Shown here in pieces: positions 1 to 9,483 of a stretch of 64,000 bases of DNA. Origin of the DNA: an uncultured Actinomycetes bacterium (GTDB taxonomy: Bacteria > Actinomycetota > Thermoleophilia > UBA2241); assembly GCA_963725665.1 (NCBI GenBank), contig CAVRZA010000011.1, positions 128,001 through 192,000 on the forward strand. The letters run 5' to 3'. The position numbers were made by a program, and so were the translations under genes. Positions within the stretch are counted from its first letter, which is position 1, and each line of letters starts with the position of its first letter. Below the pieces are notes generated by a model. It had not been told where the DNA came from and did not search any database. It saw only the letters and a list, made by a program, of their open reading frames with translations.

Positions 1-741
1 CGTCAAGAGCGGCCAGACCGTCATCATCAAGCCCAACATCTGCACGCAGTACCGAACCGCAGCCTACGCGGCCACGACCAACCCCGTCGTCGTCGGCCAC
101 CCTCGTCAAGCTCTGCAAGGGCGCACGGGGCGAAGAGCGTGCGCGTCATGGACATGCCCATCGGCGCGGCGAACGTGACCGTGCAGAAGGCGGCCTGGTC
201 CAAGAGCGGCATCAAGGCCGCCGTCGAGGCCGCCGGGGGAACGATGGCCGCCATGACCCCCCAGCGCTTCCTCAAGTACAACATCCCGTCGCACGCCAAC
301 CGCGCCATCTCCTCCTGGAACGTCTACCGCGACATCATGGAGTGCGACGTGCTCATCAACGTGCCCATCGCCAAGGTGCACGGGACCACCAAGCTGACGC
401 TGGGCGCGAAGAACCTGCTCGGCGTGGTCACGAGCCCGGCGTCGCTGCACTCCGGCATCGGCCAGAAGGTAGCCGACCTGGCGAGCCTCATCAGACCGAA
501 CCTCACGGTGGTCGACGCCATGCGCATCCTGGTGAGCAACGGGCCGACCGGAGGCAGCCTCTCGTACGTGCGACGCAAGAACACGGTGATCGCGAGCAAG
601 GACTTCGTCGCCGCCGACTCGCGCGCCACGCACCTCTTCGGCATGCACGGCTCCGACATCGGCTACATCAAGGCCATGGCCGCCATCGGGCTGGGCAAGA
701 TGAACCTCACCGGGCTCAACGTGCACACCTACTACGTCTGA
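1..741 (+). CDS. DUF362 domain Fe-S-associated protein (5' truncated; indels near 98 and 126)
   Basis: Frame 2 reads VKSGQTVIIKPNIC..AATTNP, then ORF 139-741 with CDVLINVPIAKVHG..LTLGAKNLLG..LH and PNLTVVDAMR..GP, typical DUF362 motifs. Confidence 0.85.
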   Translation, partial: RQERPDRHHQAQHLHAVPNRSLRGHDQPRRRRPPSSSSARAHGAKSVRVMDMPIGAANVTVQKAAWSKSGIKAAVEAAGGTMAAMTPQRFLKYNIPSHANRAISSWNVYRDIMECDVLINVPIAKVHGTTKLTLGAKNLLGVVTSPASLHSGIGQKVADLASLIRPNLTVVDAMRILVSNGPTGGSLSYVRRKNTVIASKDFVAADSRATHLFGMHGSDIGYIKAMAAIGLGKMNLTGLNVHTYYV

Positions 742-769
742 GGGATCCCAGCACGTCCCCTGAGGAGTC

Positions 770-2438
770 TTGAGCACTTCCGAGCGGCCTCCAAGCCGCC
801 CCGCCTCGACCGGCGGCGGTGAGGAGGCGGCCGTCCCGTCGCGCGCGCGTACGTCCAACCCGCTGAGCTGGCGCGACGCGCGCCGGCTGCGGCGCGTGGT
901 GCAGGCCGGCGTGTTCGTTGCCTTCGTCGTCGTCCTCGTGCTGGCCGGGCAGCGCACCGCGCCTCCGTCCAAGGCCGACATCTTCTTCCGTTTCGACCCC
1001 TTGGCCGCTCTCTCGGCGATGCTCTCGCAGCGCGCCTGGCTGCCGCGCTTCGAGCTCGTGCTCGTCACGATGGCGCTCACGCTCGTACTGGGCAGGGTCT
1101 GGTGCGGCTGGATCTGCCCGCTGGGCACGCTCCTCGAATGGTTCACCTTCAGGAGGGCGCGGCGGCGGGCGCACGCCCTGCCACCGCGCCTCAAGCAGAT
1201 CAAGTACGTCCTGCTGCTGGTCATGGTGGTGATGGCCGCCCTCGGTAGCCTGACGCTGCTCGTCCTTGATCCGCTGGCGCTGCTCACGCGCACGATGGCG
1301 GTCTCCGTTCTGCCTGCCCTCAACGTCGGCGTGACGCGCCTCGAAGAGGTGCTCTATCACGTGGGCGCCCTGCAGCCGCGCATCGACTGGTTCGAGGCGC
1401 ACGCGCGCGGCGTCGTCGTGCCGGCCACGCAGCAGCTCTTCGCCGGCGGCCTGCTGGTCGCCCTGATACTCGTCGCCATCGTCGCGCTCAACGCGCTCGA
1501 CCGACCGCTTCTGGTGCCGCGCGCTCTGCCCGTTGGGAGCGCTGCTCGGGCTGCTGGCGAAGATCGCCGTCTTGCGGCCCGTCGTGGGCGCGCCGTGCGC
1601 GTCGTGCGCGCGCTGCGCGCACGCCTGCCGGCTCGACGCCATCGAGGTCGAGACGACGGCGGGCGCCGCCGGCGGGGCGGCCGCCCCGCCGGCGGCGCCC
1701 GCCGTCGTCACCTCCGAGTGCACCATGTGCCTCGACTGCCTCGTCGCCTGCCCCGAGTCGATGACCATCGGAGTCTCGTTGCGGCCCACGCCCTGGCAGG
1801 CATACGACCCGGGCCGCCGCGAGTTCCTCGCGGCGACCGCCGCCGGGGTCGGCGCCGTGTTGCTCCTGGGCACCGGCGTCTGGACGAAGGTGCCGGCGCC
1901 GGGCCTGATCCGCCCGCCCGGCGCCGACGATGAGGAGGCATTCCTGGCCGCCTGCGTACGTTGCGGCGAGTGTCAGCAGGTGTGCCCGACCTCCGGGTTG
2001 CAGCCAGCGCTGACCGAGGCTGGCTGGACCGGCTTCTGGTCGCCGGTGCTGCGGCCGCGACTGGGCTACTGCTCCTACGACTGCATCGCTTGCAGCAAGG
2101 TCTGCCCCTCGGGGGCGATCCCGCGACTCACGCTCGACGAGAAGCACAAGGCGGTGATCGGCAAGGCCGTCATCGACCGCAATCGCTGCCTGCCCTGGTC
2201 CCAAGACAAGACCTGCATCGTCTGCCAGGAGGTCTGCCCGCTGCCCAAGAAGGCGGTCGTCCTCAAGCAACGCGCTCTGCGCAAGAACGCCGCCGGCTTC
2301 ACCGACTACCTCCAGCTCCCCAAAGTCGTGGTCGACCGCTGCACCGGCTGCGGGTTGTGCGAGTACGAGTGCCCTGTCTCGGGCCGGGCGGCCATCACGG
2401 TCGAGCACTGGTCCCCGGCCGCCACGCCGTCCGGCTGA
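770..2438 (+). CDS. Membrane polyferredoxin (NapH/MauN-like membrane part fused to NapG/MauM-like 4Fe-4S part); indel near 1505
   Basis: FFRFDPL, GRVWCGWICPLG and (R)FWCRALCPLG across the shift; multiple CxxCxxCxxxCP motifs in ORF 1533-2438. Confidence 0.85.
1652..1709. repeat. Perfect 58-bp palindrome inside CDS
   Basis: 29-bp arms, no loop, centre 1680/1681; encodes TTAGAAGGAAAPPAAPAVV on both strands. Confidence 0.95.
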
Positions 2439-2552
2439 CCTGCGGTCGCCCGTCTCCATGGGCGGCGTTCGAGAGCGGCGCCATTTACGAACGACCTCGT
2501 GGTGTGATGGGATTGACTGCCGGGACAGGCCCGCGACCGTCAGGGAGAAGCC

Positions 2553-3062
2553 ATGCTGCAGAAGAAGATGCTTGCCGCGCTCAACGAGCAGATCAACTGG
2601 GAGTTCTACTCCGCCTACCTCTACCTCGCCATGTCGGCCCGCTTCCACGCCCTCAACATGCCGGGGGGAGCGAACTGGATGAACGTGCAGTTCCAGGAGG
2701 AGCTCTCGCACGCGCTGAGGTTCTTCGACTACGTGACCGGCCGCGGCGGCGAGGTCAAGCTGGGCGCCATCGACGAGCCGCCGCGTGACTGGCAGAACGG
2801 GGTCGAGATGTTCGAGGTCGCCCTCAACCACGAGCAGATTGTCACCAAGCGCATCGACAACCTCGCCGACCTGGCGCTGCAGCTCAAGGACCACGCCACG
2901 CACCAGATGCTGCAGTGGTTCATCGCCGAGCAGGTCGAGGAGGAAGCCTCCGCCGAGCTCCTCTTGGGCAAGTTCCGCCTCGGGCAGGAGTTCCCGGGCG
3001 CGCTCTTCCAGATCGACAGCGAGATGGCGGCCCGCGTCTATACGCCGCCACCGGCCGCGTAG
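2553..3062 (+). CDS. ftnA: Non-heme ferritin
   Basis: LNEQINWEFYSAYLYLAM, QEELSHA, HEQIVT, LQWFIAEQVEEE ferroxidase motifs; SD GGGAG upstream. Confidence 0.93.
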   Translation: MLQKKMLAALNEQINWEFYSAYLYLAMSARFHALNMPGGANWMNVQFQEELSHALRFFDYVTGRGGEVKLGAIDEPPRDWQNGVEMFEVALNHEQIVTKRIDNLADLALQLKDHATHQMLQWFIAEQVEEEASAELLLGKFRLGQEFPGALFQIDSEMAARVYTPPPAA

Positions 3063-3067
3063 GAGTA

Positions 3068-3119
3068 GCGGCGGCGGGCGGCGCGGCGGGCCATGGCCCG
3101 CCGCGCCGCCCGCCGCCGC
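3068..3119. terminator. Perfect 52-bp GC palindrome after ftnA, probable terminator
   Basis: 26-bp arms centred on CCATGG, followed by pyrimidine run TTCCCTTCC. Confidence 0.6.
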
Positions 3120-3147
3120 GCCGTTCCCTTCCTGCTAGACTCCAAGC

Positions 3148-3831
3148 GTGATCCAGGAAGACCTCAAGCGCTCTCCCCTCTTCGCGTCACTGCCGCCGGA
3201 TGAGCTCGCCGAGCTCGCCGCGCTCGCCCGGCCGGTGCGTCTGCCGGCGCATCACGTCGTCTTCTCGCAGGGCGACCAAGCCGATGCCTTCCACCTCGTG
3301 TCGCACGGACGCGTGCGCGTGTTCAAGGTGCTGCGCGACGGCCGCGCGGTCACCCTGCGCCACGTCGGCGCCGGCGAGACCTTCGGTGAGGCCGCGCTCT
3401 TCGCCGCCGCGTACCCCGCGTTCGCCCAGACCATGGATGAGACGCAGCTCTACCGCATACGGATCGAGCCCTTCCGCAGGCTGCTCGCCGAACGTCCGGA
3501 TCTGGCGCTCAACCTCCTCGCCGCCCAGGCCCATCTCATGGTGCTCCTCTCCCAACGCGTCGAGGAGCTGCTGCTCCCCGTGCCGGCCCGCCTGGCGCGC
3601 TACCTGCTCGAGCTCTCCACGCAGCAGGGAACGGCCGATCTGCGCCTGCCGGTCTCCAAGCACGAGCTCGCCAACCGTCTGGGCACCGTCCCCGAGACGC
3701 TCAGCCGCGCCCTCACGCAACTCGCCCGGTCGCGGCTCATCAAGCGGCGGGGCGAGACGATCGAGATCCTCGATCCCGAGGGCCTCGATCGTCTCGCCCA
3801 GCTCCCTCCCAGCGCCAAAGGGCCGACATAG
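3148..3831 (+). CDS. Crp/Fnr family transcriptional regulator
   Basis: cNMP fold (GETFGEAALF) and HTH (ELANRLGTVPETLSR); TGcTAGACT extended -10 at 3133-3141, 6 nt before GTG. Confidence 0.92.
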   Translation: MIQEDLKRSPLFASLPPDELAELAALARPVRLPAHHVVFSQGDQADAFHLVSHGRVRVFKVLRDGRAVTLRHVGAGETFGEAALFAAAYPAFAQTMDETQLYRIRIEPFRRLLAERPDLALNLLAAQAHLMVLLSQRVEELLLPVPARLARYLLELSTQQGTADLRLPVSKHELANRLGTVPETLSRALTQLARSRLIKRRGETIEILDPEGLDRLAQLPPSAKGPT

Positions 3832-4067
3832 GGTCCGCTCGCCGCCGGCCACGAGCCTTTCGCGCGCGATCAGCGCCGCACCGGTCTCTTCTCGCGTCCT
3901 CCCGGTCACCGCAGCGGCCTTTGCCGACCACAGCCTCGAGATGCCTGCACAACCCCGCGTCTCCGCAGAACTGGCATAAGGGATTCTTATTTGCTTCATG
4001 AGTGAAACGCATCTATAGTCTCGCACCATCGCCATAGTGCAAACCGCATGGACCGGGAGGTTCACGA

Positions 4068-4785
4068 GTGAGAGCAGCAGCGACCCCTGAGGAGATCCAC
4101 GACCTCGTCAACGGTCTGAACTTCAAGGAGAAGGTGGAGCGCTCGCTCGACCTCATCAACGACGCCTACAAGGAGTTCGGCGACGGTCTCGTCGTCGCCA
4201 ACAGCCTGGGCAAGGACTCGGTGGTCGTCTGGGACTTGGCCAAGCGCGTCAGCGCCGACATCCGCGGCTTCATCGTCACCACGCGCTACAAGCCAGCCGA
4301 GACGAAGCAGTTCATGCTCGACCTCGTGGCCAGGTACCCGGAGACGCGCGTCTTCGCAAACGACGTCGAGATCCCTGACGAGCTCTACAAGACCGATCCC
4401 GACCGCTGCTGCGATCTTCTCAAGGTGCAACCCGTGCGCTGGGCGATCGAGGAGATGGGCGTGAGCTGCTGGGTCACCGGCCTGCGCTGCACCGAAGGGC
4501 GCACGCGCACCGACTATCTCGAGATCGAGGAGCGCGACGAGGGCCTCTTGAAGCTCAACCCGATCCTCCTCTGGCACGAGCGCGAGATCTGGCAGTACAT
4601 CGCCATCTACCAGGTGCCGGTCAACCCGTCTGTACGCCGAGGGCTACCGTTCGCTCGGCTGCGCGCCCTGCACGCACATCACCACGGGGATCAACGAGCG
4701 CGACGGCCGTTGGATCGGCACCAGCAAGTGCGGCGGCGAGTGCGGCATCCACACCCGGCCGCTGAAGGTCGGAACCCCCGTCTGA
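4068..4785 (+). CDS. cysH: APS/PAPS reductase family protein, 4Fe-4S type (indel near 4632)
   Basis: SLGKDS loop, RCCDLLKV, WVTGLR, then in shifted frame GYRSLGCAPCT..ERDGRW..GGECGIH; stop 4783-4785. Confidence 0.85.
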
Positions 4786-4834
4786 AGTCGGCCGGGACTC
4801 TGGCCTCGGCGCCGCTCTGCGGCGTGGCACAGCG

Positions 4835-5797
4835 ATGACACCCCACCCGATCGACGAGGGCACGGCCCCGGTCCAGACCGCGGCGCTGCCGGGACTCCCG
4901 GCGCCGACCGCGGCTGCCAGCGTCCTCGACCTCTCCAGGCGACACGTCTGGTGGCTTGCCGCCGCTGTGGCTTGGGGGGTGATCCTGACGTTCGCGTACG
5001 CCACCGTCGGCGATCGGCTGAACCCCTATCTCACGGTCACCGGACTGCTGATCGGGTTCCTCGTCGGCCTCACCGGCATGGGCGGCGGCGCTCTCATGAC
5101 GCCCATCCTCATCTTCGTCTTCGGCTTCAAACCGACCCTGGCCATCGGCACCGACATCACCTACGGCGCCATCACGAAGTGGTTCGGCGCCTGGCGGCAC
5201 TGGCGCCAAGGCTCGGTGGACCTGCCGCTCACGTTCTACCTCGCGCTCGGGAGCGTGCCGGCCACGATCTTCGGCGTAGGCCTGATCCATCTGCTCAAGA
5301 ACGCCTACGGGGACCGGCTCGACAGCCTCCTCTACCGGCTGATCGGAGCGGCTCTCGTCGCGGTCGGCGTCACCCTGGTGCTGCGCTCGGTGGTGCGCGC
5401 GGACAAGGTCTACCGGCGCGAGAACATCGCCCTCCCTCTGAAGAGGAAGATCCTGACGATCGGCCTGGGGGCGGCGACGGGGTTCATCGTCGGCCTCACC
5501 TCGGTCGGCAGCGGCACCTTCTTGGGGATGTTCCTGCTGCTGGCCTATCCGCTCGCCACGAGCAGGGTAGTGGGGACCGACGTCTTCCACGCCGCCATCC
5601 TCCTCGGAGCGGCAGCGATCGCGCAGGCGAGCATCGGCAACGTCGACCCCTGGATGGTGCTCGCGCTGCTGCTCGGGTCGATCCCCGGCGTCGTCGCTGG
5701 GTCTGGCCTCACCATCCGCACGCCCAACCGCCTGCTGCGCATCTGCCTGGCGATGGTGCTCTTCTTGAGCGGCATCGCGCTGTTCGGCAAGGCCTGA
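4835..5797 (+). CDS. TauE/SafE sulfite exporter family membrane protein
   Basis: GLTGMGGGALMTP, AIGTD, GLTSVGSG, VVGTD motifs; multiple TM helices. Confidence 0.9.
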   Translation: MTPHPIDEGTAPVQTAALPGLPAPTAAASVLDLSRRHVWWLAAAVAWGVILTFAYATVGDRLNPYLTVTGLLIGFLVGLTGMGGGALMTPILIFVFGFKPTLAIGTDITYGAITKWFGAWRHWRQGSVDLPLTFYLALGSVPATIFGVGLIHLLKNAYGDRLDSLLYRLIGAALVAVGVTLVLRSVVRADKVYRRENIALPLKRKILTIGLGAATGFIVGLTSVGSGTFLGMFLLLAYPLATSRVVGTDVFHAAILLGAAAIAQASIGNVDPWMVLALLLGSIPGVVAGSGLTIRTPNRLLRICLAMVLFLSGIALFGKA

Positions 5798-5801
5798 CGG
5801 C

Positions 5802-5836
5802 GGGCGGCGGGGCGGCCCGCGGCCGCCCCGCCGCCC
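5802..5836 (+). terminator. GC hairpin after TauE gene
   Basis: 16-bp perfect stem GGGCGGCGGGGCGGCC, loop CGC; no U-tract. Confidence 0.5.
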
Positions 5837-5878
5837 ACCCGATACCCGAACCCGCCGCGATGCCACCATGACCCTCGA

Positions 5879-5949
5879 GCCGGTGTCGTCGCCGATGCGC
5901 CGGACTTGGCCCACGGGCCGGTGTCGTCGCCGATCCGCCAGGCTTGACC
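5879..5949. repeat. Two-copy direct repeat, 38-bp period
   Basis: GCCGGTGTCGTCGCCGAT identical at 5879 and 5917, extending to 29/33 identity. Confidence 0.85.
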
Positions 5950-5958
5950 TAAGTCAAG
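5943..5958. promoter_or_regulatory. FNR/Crp-type operator CTTGAC-N4-GTCAAG
   Basis: Perfect dyad resembling the FNR consensus TTGAT-N4-ATCAA, about 110 bp upstream of a ferredoxin gene. Confidence 0.6.
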
Positions 5959-6070
5959 GGCGCGGACTGCGCTCGACCGGGTAGAGTTGTTCCTGTCAAC
6001 GTAGTGATTACTCGGCGGCGCCCCCGGTGAGCCGGCGCGCGCGGCTAGAAGAGGCGAAAGCGAGGAGCCG

Positions 6071-6457
6071 ATGACCGCGACGACAGTCCGCAAGATCGTC
6101 AAGATCGATGAGGAGAAGTGCACCGGCTGCGGCCTGTGCGTCATCCCCTGCGCCGAGGGCGCCATCGAGATCATCGACGGCAAGGCGAAGGTGATGAAGG
6201 AGGAGCTCTGCGACGGCGCCGGCTTCTGCCTGGCCGTGTGTCCCGAGGGCGCCCTCACGGTCGAGGAGCGCGAAGCCCCGGCCTTCGACGAGGCCTCAGC
6301 CGAGGAGCACACGCTCGCCAAGGCCGATGAGCGCATCACTCAGCACTGCTTCCGCTGCGGCAACTCCGAGGACGACGCCGTCCTCTTCCCCGCGCGCTAC
6401 CAGGGCCAGAGCCTCTGGGCGTGCGTCAGATGCCTGCCGGCACTGATACACGGCTGA
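6071..6457 (+). CDS. 4Fe-4S dicluster ferredoxin with C-terminal CxxC..CxxC module
   Basis: CTGCGLCVIPC, CDGAGFCLAVCP, CFRC..CVRC; SD GAGGAG. Confidence 0.88.
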   Translation: MTATTVRKIVKIDEEKCTGCGLCVIPCAEGAIEIIDGKAKVMKEELCDGAGFCLAVCPEGALTVEEREAPAFDEASAEEHTLAKADERITQHCFRCGNSEDDAVLFPARYQGQSLWACVRCLPALIHG

Positions 6458-6495
6458 CGGCAGCTCTGGCTGAGATTCCCTCCCAGCGGTAGAAC

Positions 6496-6530
6496 GGGGC
6501 GGGCGCCGAGAGGCGCCCGCCCCTTCTGTT
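6496..6530 (+). terminator. Intrinsic terminator
   Basis: 12-bp stem, GAGA tetraloop, TTCTGTT tail. Confidence 0.7.
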
Positions 6531-6626
6531 GCCGTGACCCGGCACGCGGAACAGCGTAGGCTGTCGAAGTCCGCTGTGTCCTGCAAGTCACTGCCGGAGG
6601 GGTAGCGGGCGCGGAGGGGAGCCCCG

Positions 6627-7085
6627 ACGTTCTGTCCCAGATGTGGAGCCGAGTACCGACCAGGGTTCACCCGATGCGCCGACTGTCTCGTCCCGCTGGT
6701 CGATCACCTGCCGCACGATGAGACCCCGCCAAAGCACGCCCGCAACGGCGCACCCCCTCGACGGGAAGGGCCGGCCAGGCGGGACTTCACCCGTGAGACG
6801 CCTCGCCCCGACCTCAGACTCGTCACGGTGTTCGCGACAGGCGACCCAGCCCTCGTCGCGCTTGCCAAGTCCGTCCTTCAATCGGCGTCTATCGAGTTCA
6901 TGACCCGTGGCGAGGGGATCCAGAACCTGTTCGGGATCGGCGGTTTGAGCGTGAGCGGCTTCAATCCGATCACCGGGCCGGTAGAGTTCCTGGTCGCCGC
7001 CGAGGAAGAGGACGACGCCAGGCGGCTGCTCGAGGACCTCACGGCCGGCCACGCCGGCGGCGAAAGCGGCCCTGCCAATCGCTAG
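6627..7085 (+). CDS. Zinc-ribbon plus DUF2007-like putative signal-transducing protein; ACG at the start position
   Basis: Frame of ORF 6828-7085 extends upstream as ACG-FCPRCGAEYRPGFTRCADC; SD GGAGG at 6613-6617; in-frame TAG at 6603. Confidence 0.75.
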   Translation, partial: TFCPRCGAEYRPGFTRCADCLVPLVDHLPHDETPPKHARNGAPPRREGPARRDFTRETPRPDLRLVTVFATGDPALVALAKSVLQSASIEFMTRGEGIQNLFGIGGLSVSGFNPITGPVEFLVAAEEEDDARRLLEDLTAGHAGGESGPANR

Positions 7086-7180
7086 CGCGAGATGTTCCGC
7101 CAGCATCAACGGGGCGGGGGAGCGCCATTCGGCGCTCCCCCGCCCCCTCACCTGCTGTCAGTCAGCCCCGTCGGGACTCG

Positions 7181-8224
7181 TCAGGGCACGTTCCACACCT
7201 GCGTGCCCAACGGACAGCGGGCGTACAGCCACAGGATGTTGGCGTTGGCGAGCCGTGTGCACCCGTGTGAGTAGCCGCGCGGAAAGCGGCTCAGTAGCCA
7301 GGGCTCGTTGGTGCCGTGGATGGCGAACAGGCCGAGGTAGCGCATGCGCCGAGGGCCGTAGGCGCCGCTCATGGAGGGATCCTTGGCGTAGATCCTGAAG
7401 TGGCCGAGCGGTGTCGGCGTCGACGGCTTGCCGAGCACGCAGTTGAAGGCGCGCACGATGTGCCCGTGCTCGTGGTAGTACAGCCGGTACTGTGACTTGT
7501 CGGCGACGATGAAGTGCGCCGGTCGCACCGGGATGTCGTAGGGGTTGCCGTCCTTCACCTTCACGATCACCCTCGTCCCCAGCCCGTCGGCGTGGTCGGC
7601 ATCGGCTGCCATCGCGAGGCGGAACGCAGAGGATCCGACGGCCTTCGGCCGCCAGCGATATGTCGCTCTCGACTGCTGATCGAGCGTGAGCGTCTGCCAG
7701 GCGGTCCAGACCCCGTCGACGCGGCGCTGGAGCACGACAGTGGCTCCGGGATGCACCGGCACCACGCGCGCAGCGAACTTGACGGTGGCGCCGCTGTACG
7801 CCCACGTGGGCGCAGTGAGCGTCAGACGCGGCCGGACCGAGACCATGGTCTCGGCCGCGGCCGCGTCCCACACGGCATCGCCGACGTACTCGACCCTGTA
7901 GGTGGTGTTCCAGAGCGGTGAAGGCGTCAATGAGGCCGTCCCGGCGACGTCCGCCGTGATGCTGCGCACGACCGTGAACGAATCCTCACCGGCGCGCATG
8001 CGGCTCACGGTCAGCGTGGCTCCCGGCACATCGATGGTGCTGCTGAGGGTCACGGCCTGCCCGGCCGTGCAAACGGCGGGCGAGGCGGTGAGAGACAGCG
8101 TCGGCGCGGCCGCCTGCGCGGCGAGCGCGGCGACCGGCAGCGCGGTCGCGGCCAGGGCGATCACGGCCAATGACACGATCGGTCGAGCCCACGTCGCTCC
8201 CATGAAGTCACCGGTGCGATGCAT
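7181..8224 (-). CDS. Secreted L,D-transpeptidase with N-terminal Ig-like domains
   Basis: Signal peptide; TPTPLGHF, AIHGT..SHGCTRL YkuD catalytic motif. Confidence 0.92.
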   Translation of the reverse strand: MHRTGDFMGATWARPIVSLAVIALAATALPVAALAAQAAAPTLSLTASPAVCTAGQAVTLSSTIDVPGATLTVSRMRAGEDSFTVVRSITADVAGTASLTPSPLWNTTYRVEYVGDAVWDAAAAETMVSVRPRLTLTAPTWAYSGATVKFAARVVPVHPGATVVLQRRVDGVWTAWQTLTLDQQSRATYRWRPKAVGSSAFRLAMAADADHADGLGTRVIVKVKDGNPYDIPVRPAHFIVADKSQYRLYYHEHGHIVRAFNCVLGKPSTPTPLGHFRIYAKDPSMSGAYGPRRMRYLGLFAIHGTNEPWLLSRFPRGYSHGCTRLANANILWLYARCPLGTQVWNVP

Positions 8225-8392
8225 CTGCTCGTGCTCCTCCCCTGTGGACCTTGGTCGTCAGCGGGCCAAGCGCGGCGGCCGGCGCCATTCCCGATCGGCG
8301 CGTCGTGGAGAGGCTCGGGCCACGCCCGCGGAATGCAAGGAGCAAGTACGACGGCGCCCGGCCGCTTCCTCTGACGTGAAGGTGCTGCGGCC

Positions 8393-8710
8393 CTACTGCA
8401 GCAAGGCCGAGATCACGGGCCCCACGAAGAAGACAGCGATCGAGAACAACAACAGGCAGAGACCGCGACGCGGGCTCACGAGGGAGCCGGCGTCGCCGCC
8501 GACGTTGCGGATCGACTCTGGCAACCCGAGGTTGAATCCCGTCAGGAGCGAGAGAGCAAAGGCGGCCCCGATCAGGCCGACCGCCCAGTCGACGGTCACG
8601 CTGACCTCCGCGGCGCCCAGCGCACGGCACACAGCCCAGGCCGCGACGTCGAAGACAAGACCTGCTCCGAACCACACGACGAAGACACCGCTGCCCAGAC
8701 GCCTGCTCAT
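8393..8710 (-). CDS. Small hypothetical membrane protein (3 TM)
   Basis: Hydrophobic 105-aa ORF with SD GGAGG upstream. Confidence 0.55.
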   Translation of the reverse strand: MSRRLGSGVFVVWFGAGLVFDVAAWAVCRALGAAEVSVTVDWAVGLIGAAFALSLLTGFNLGLPESIRNVGGDAGSLVSPRRGLCLLLFSIAVFFVGPVISALLQ

Positions 8711-8828
8711 CCCCTCCGTCCCGACCTTCGCGAGCCGCCGCCCCCGCTGACGCGAGACGCCGTCGTCTCCCGAAGGTCAATCGGTCGGGCAAGCCGACGG
8801 GTTTAGGCCCAGGAACACTACTGCGACA

Positions 8829-9467
8829 GTGGAGACTCCACCCTTGGGGGTACGCTCGTTGACTACCAGTCGACTCGAGGCCTTCAGCGACGCCGTCATC
8901 GCCATCCTCATCACGATCATGGTGCTCAGTCTCAGGGTGCCGAAAGGCACCGCCCTGAGTGACCTGCGCCCGGTCGTACCGGTGTTCCTCACCTACGTGC
9001 TGAGCTTCGTCTACCTTGCCATCTACTGGAACAACCACCACCACATGCTGCACGTGACGGAGCGCGTCACCGGGGCCGTCCTCTGGGCCAACATGCATCT
9101 GCTGTTCTGGCTGTCTCTCGTCCCCTTCGTCACCGGCTGGATGGGGGAGAACCATTTCGCCTCCACGCCGGCCGCGCTCTACGGCGTCGTGCTGCTCCTG
9201 GCGGCGATCGCTTACTACATCCTGGTGCGCGCCATCATCGCCGGCCAGGGCGAGGGTTCGTTGCTGGCCCAGGCCATCGGCGGCGACCTGAAGGGCAAGA
9301 TCTCCATTGTCCTCTACGCCGTTGCGATACCAGCGGCGTTCTTGCAGGCGTGGATCGCCTACGGCGTCTACGTCGCCGTCGCGCTGGTCTGGCTCGTTCC
9401 CGACAAACGCATCGAGCGCGTCATGGCGGCGGAGCAAGAGCGGCGGGTGGCGAACGCCCCGCGATGA
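8829..9467 (+). CDS. TMEM175 (DUF1211) potassium channel family
   Basis: RLEAFSDAVIAILITIMVL, YWNNHHH, LLFWLSLVPF; true start may be TTG near 8859. Confidence 0.92.
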   Translation: METPPLGVRSLTTSRLEAFSDAVIAILITIMVLSLRVPKGTALSDLRPVVPVFLTYVLSFVYLAIYWNNHHHMLHVTERVTGAVLWANMHLLFWLSLVPFVTGWMGENHFASTPAALYGVVLLLAAIAYYILVRAIIAGQGEGSLLAQAIGGDLKGKISIVLYAVAIPAAFLQAWIAYGVYVAVALVWLVPDKRIERVMAAEQERRVANAPR

Positions 9468-9483
9468 CGACGGAAGGAGCGGC

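Noticed and set aside
5879-5949. Direct repeat as a mini CRISPR array
   Set aside because: Only two copies, about 5 nt between them, and no cas genes.
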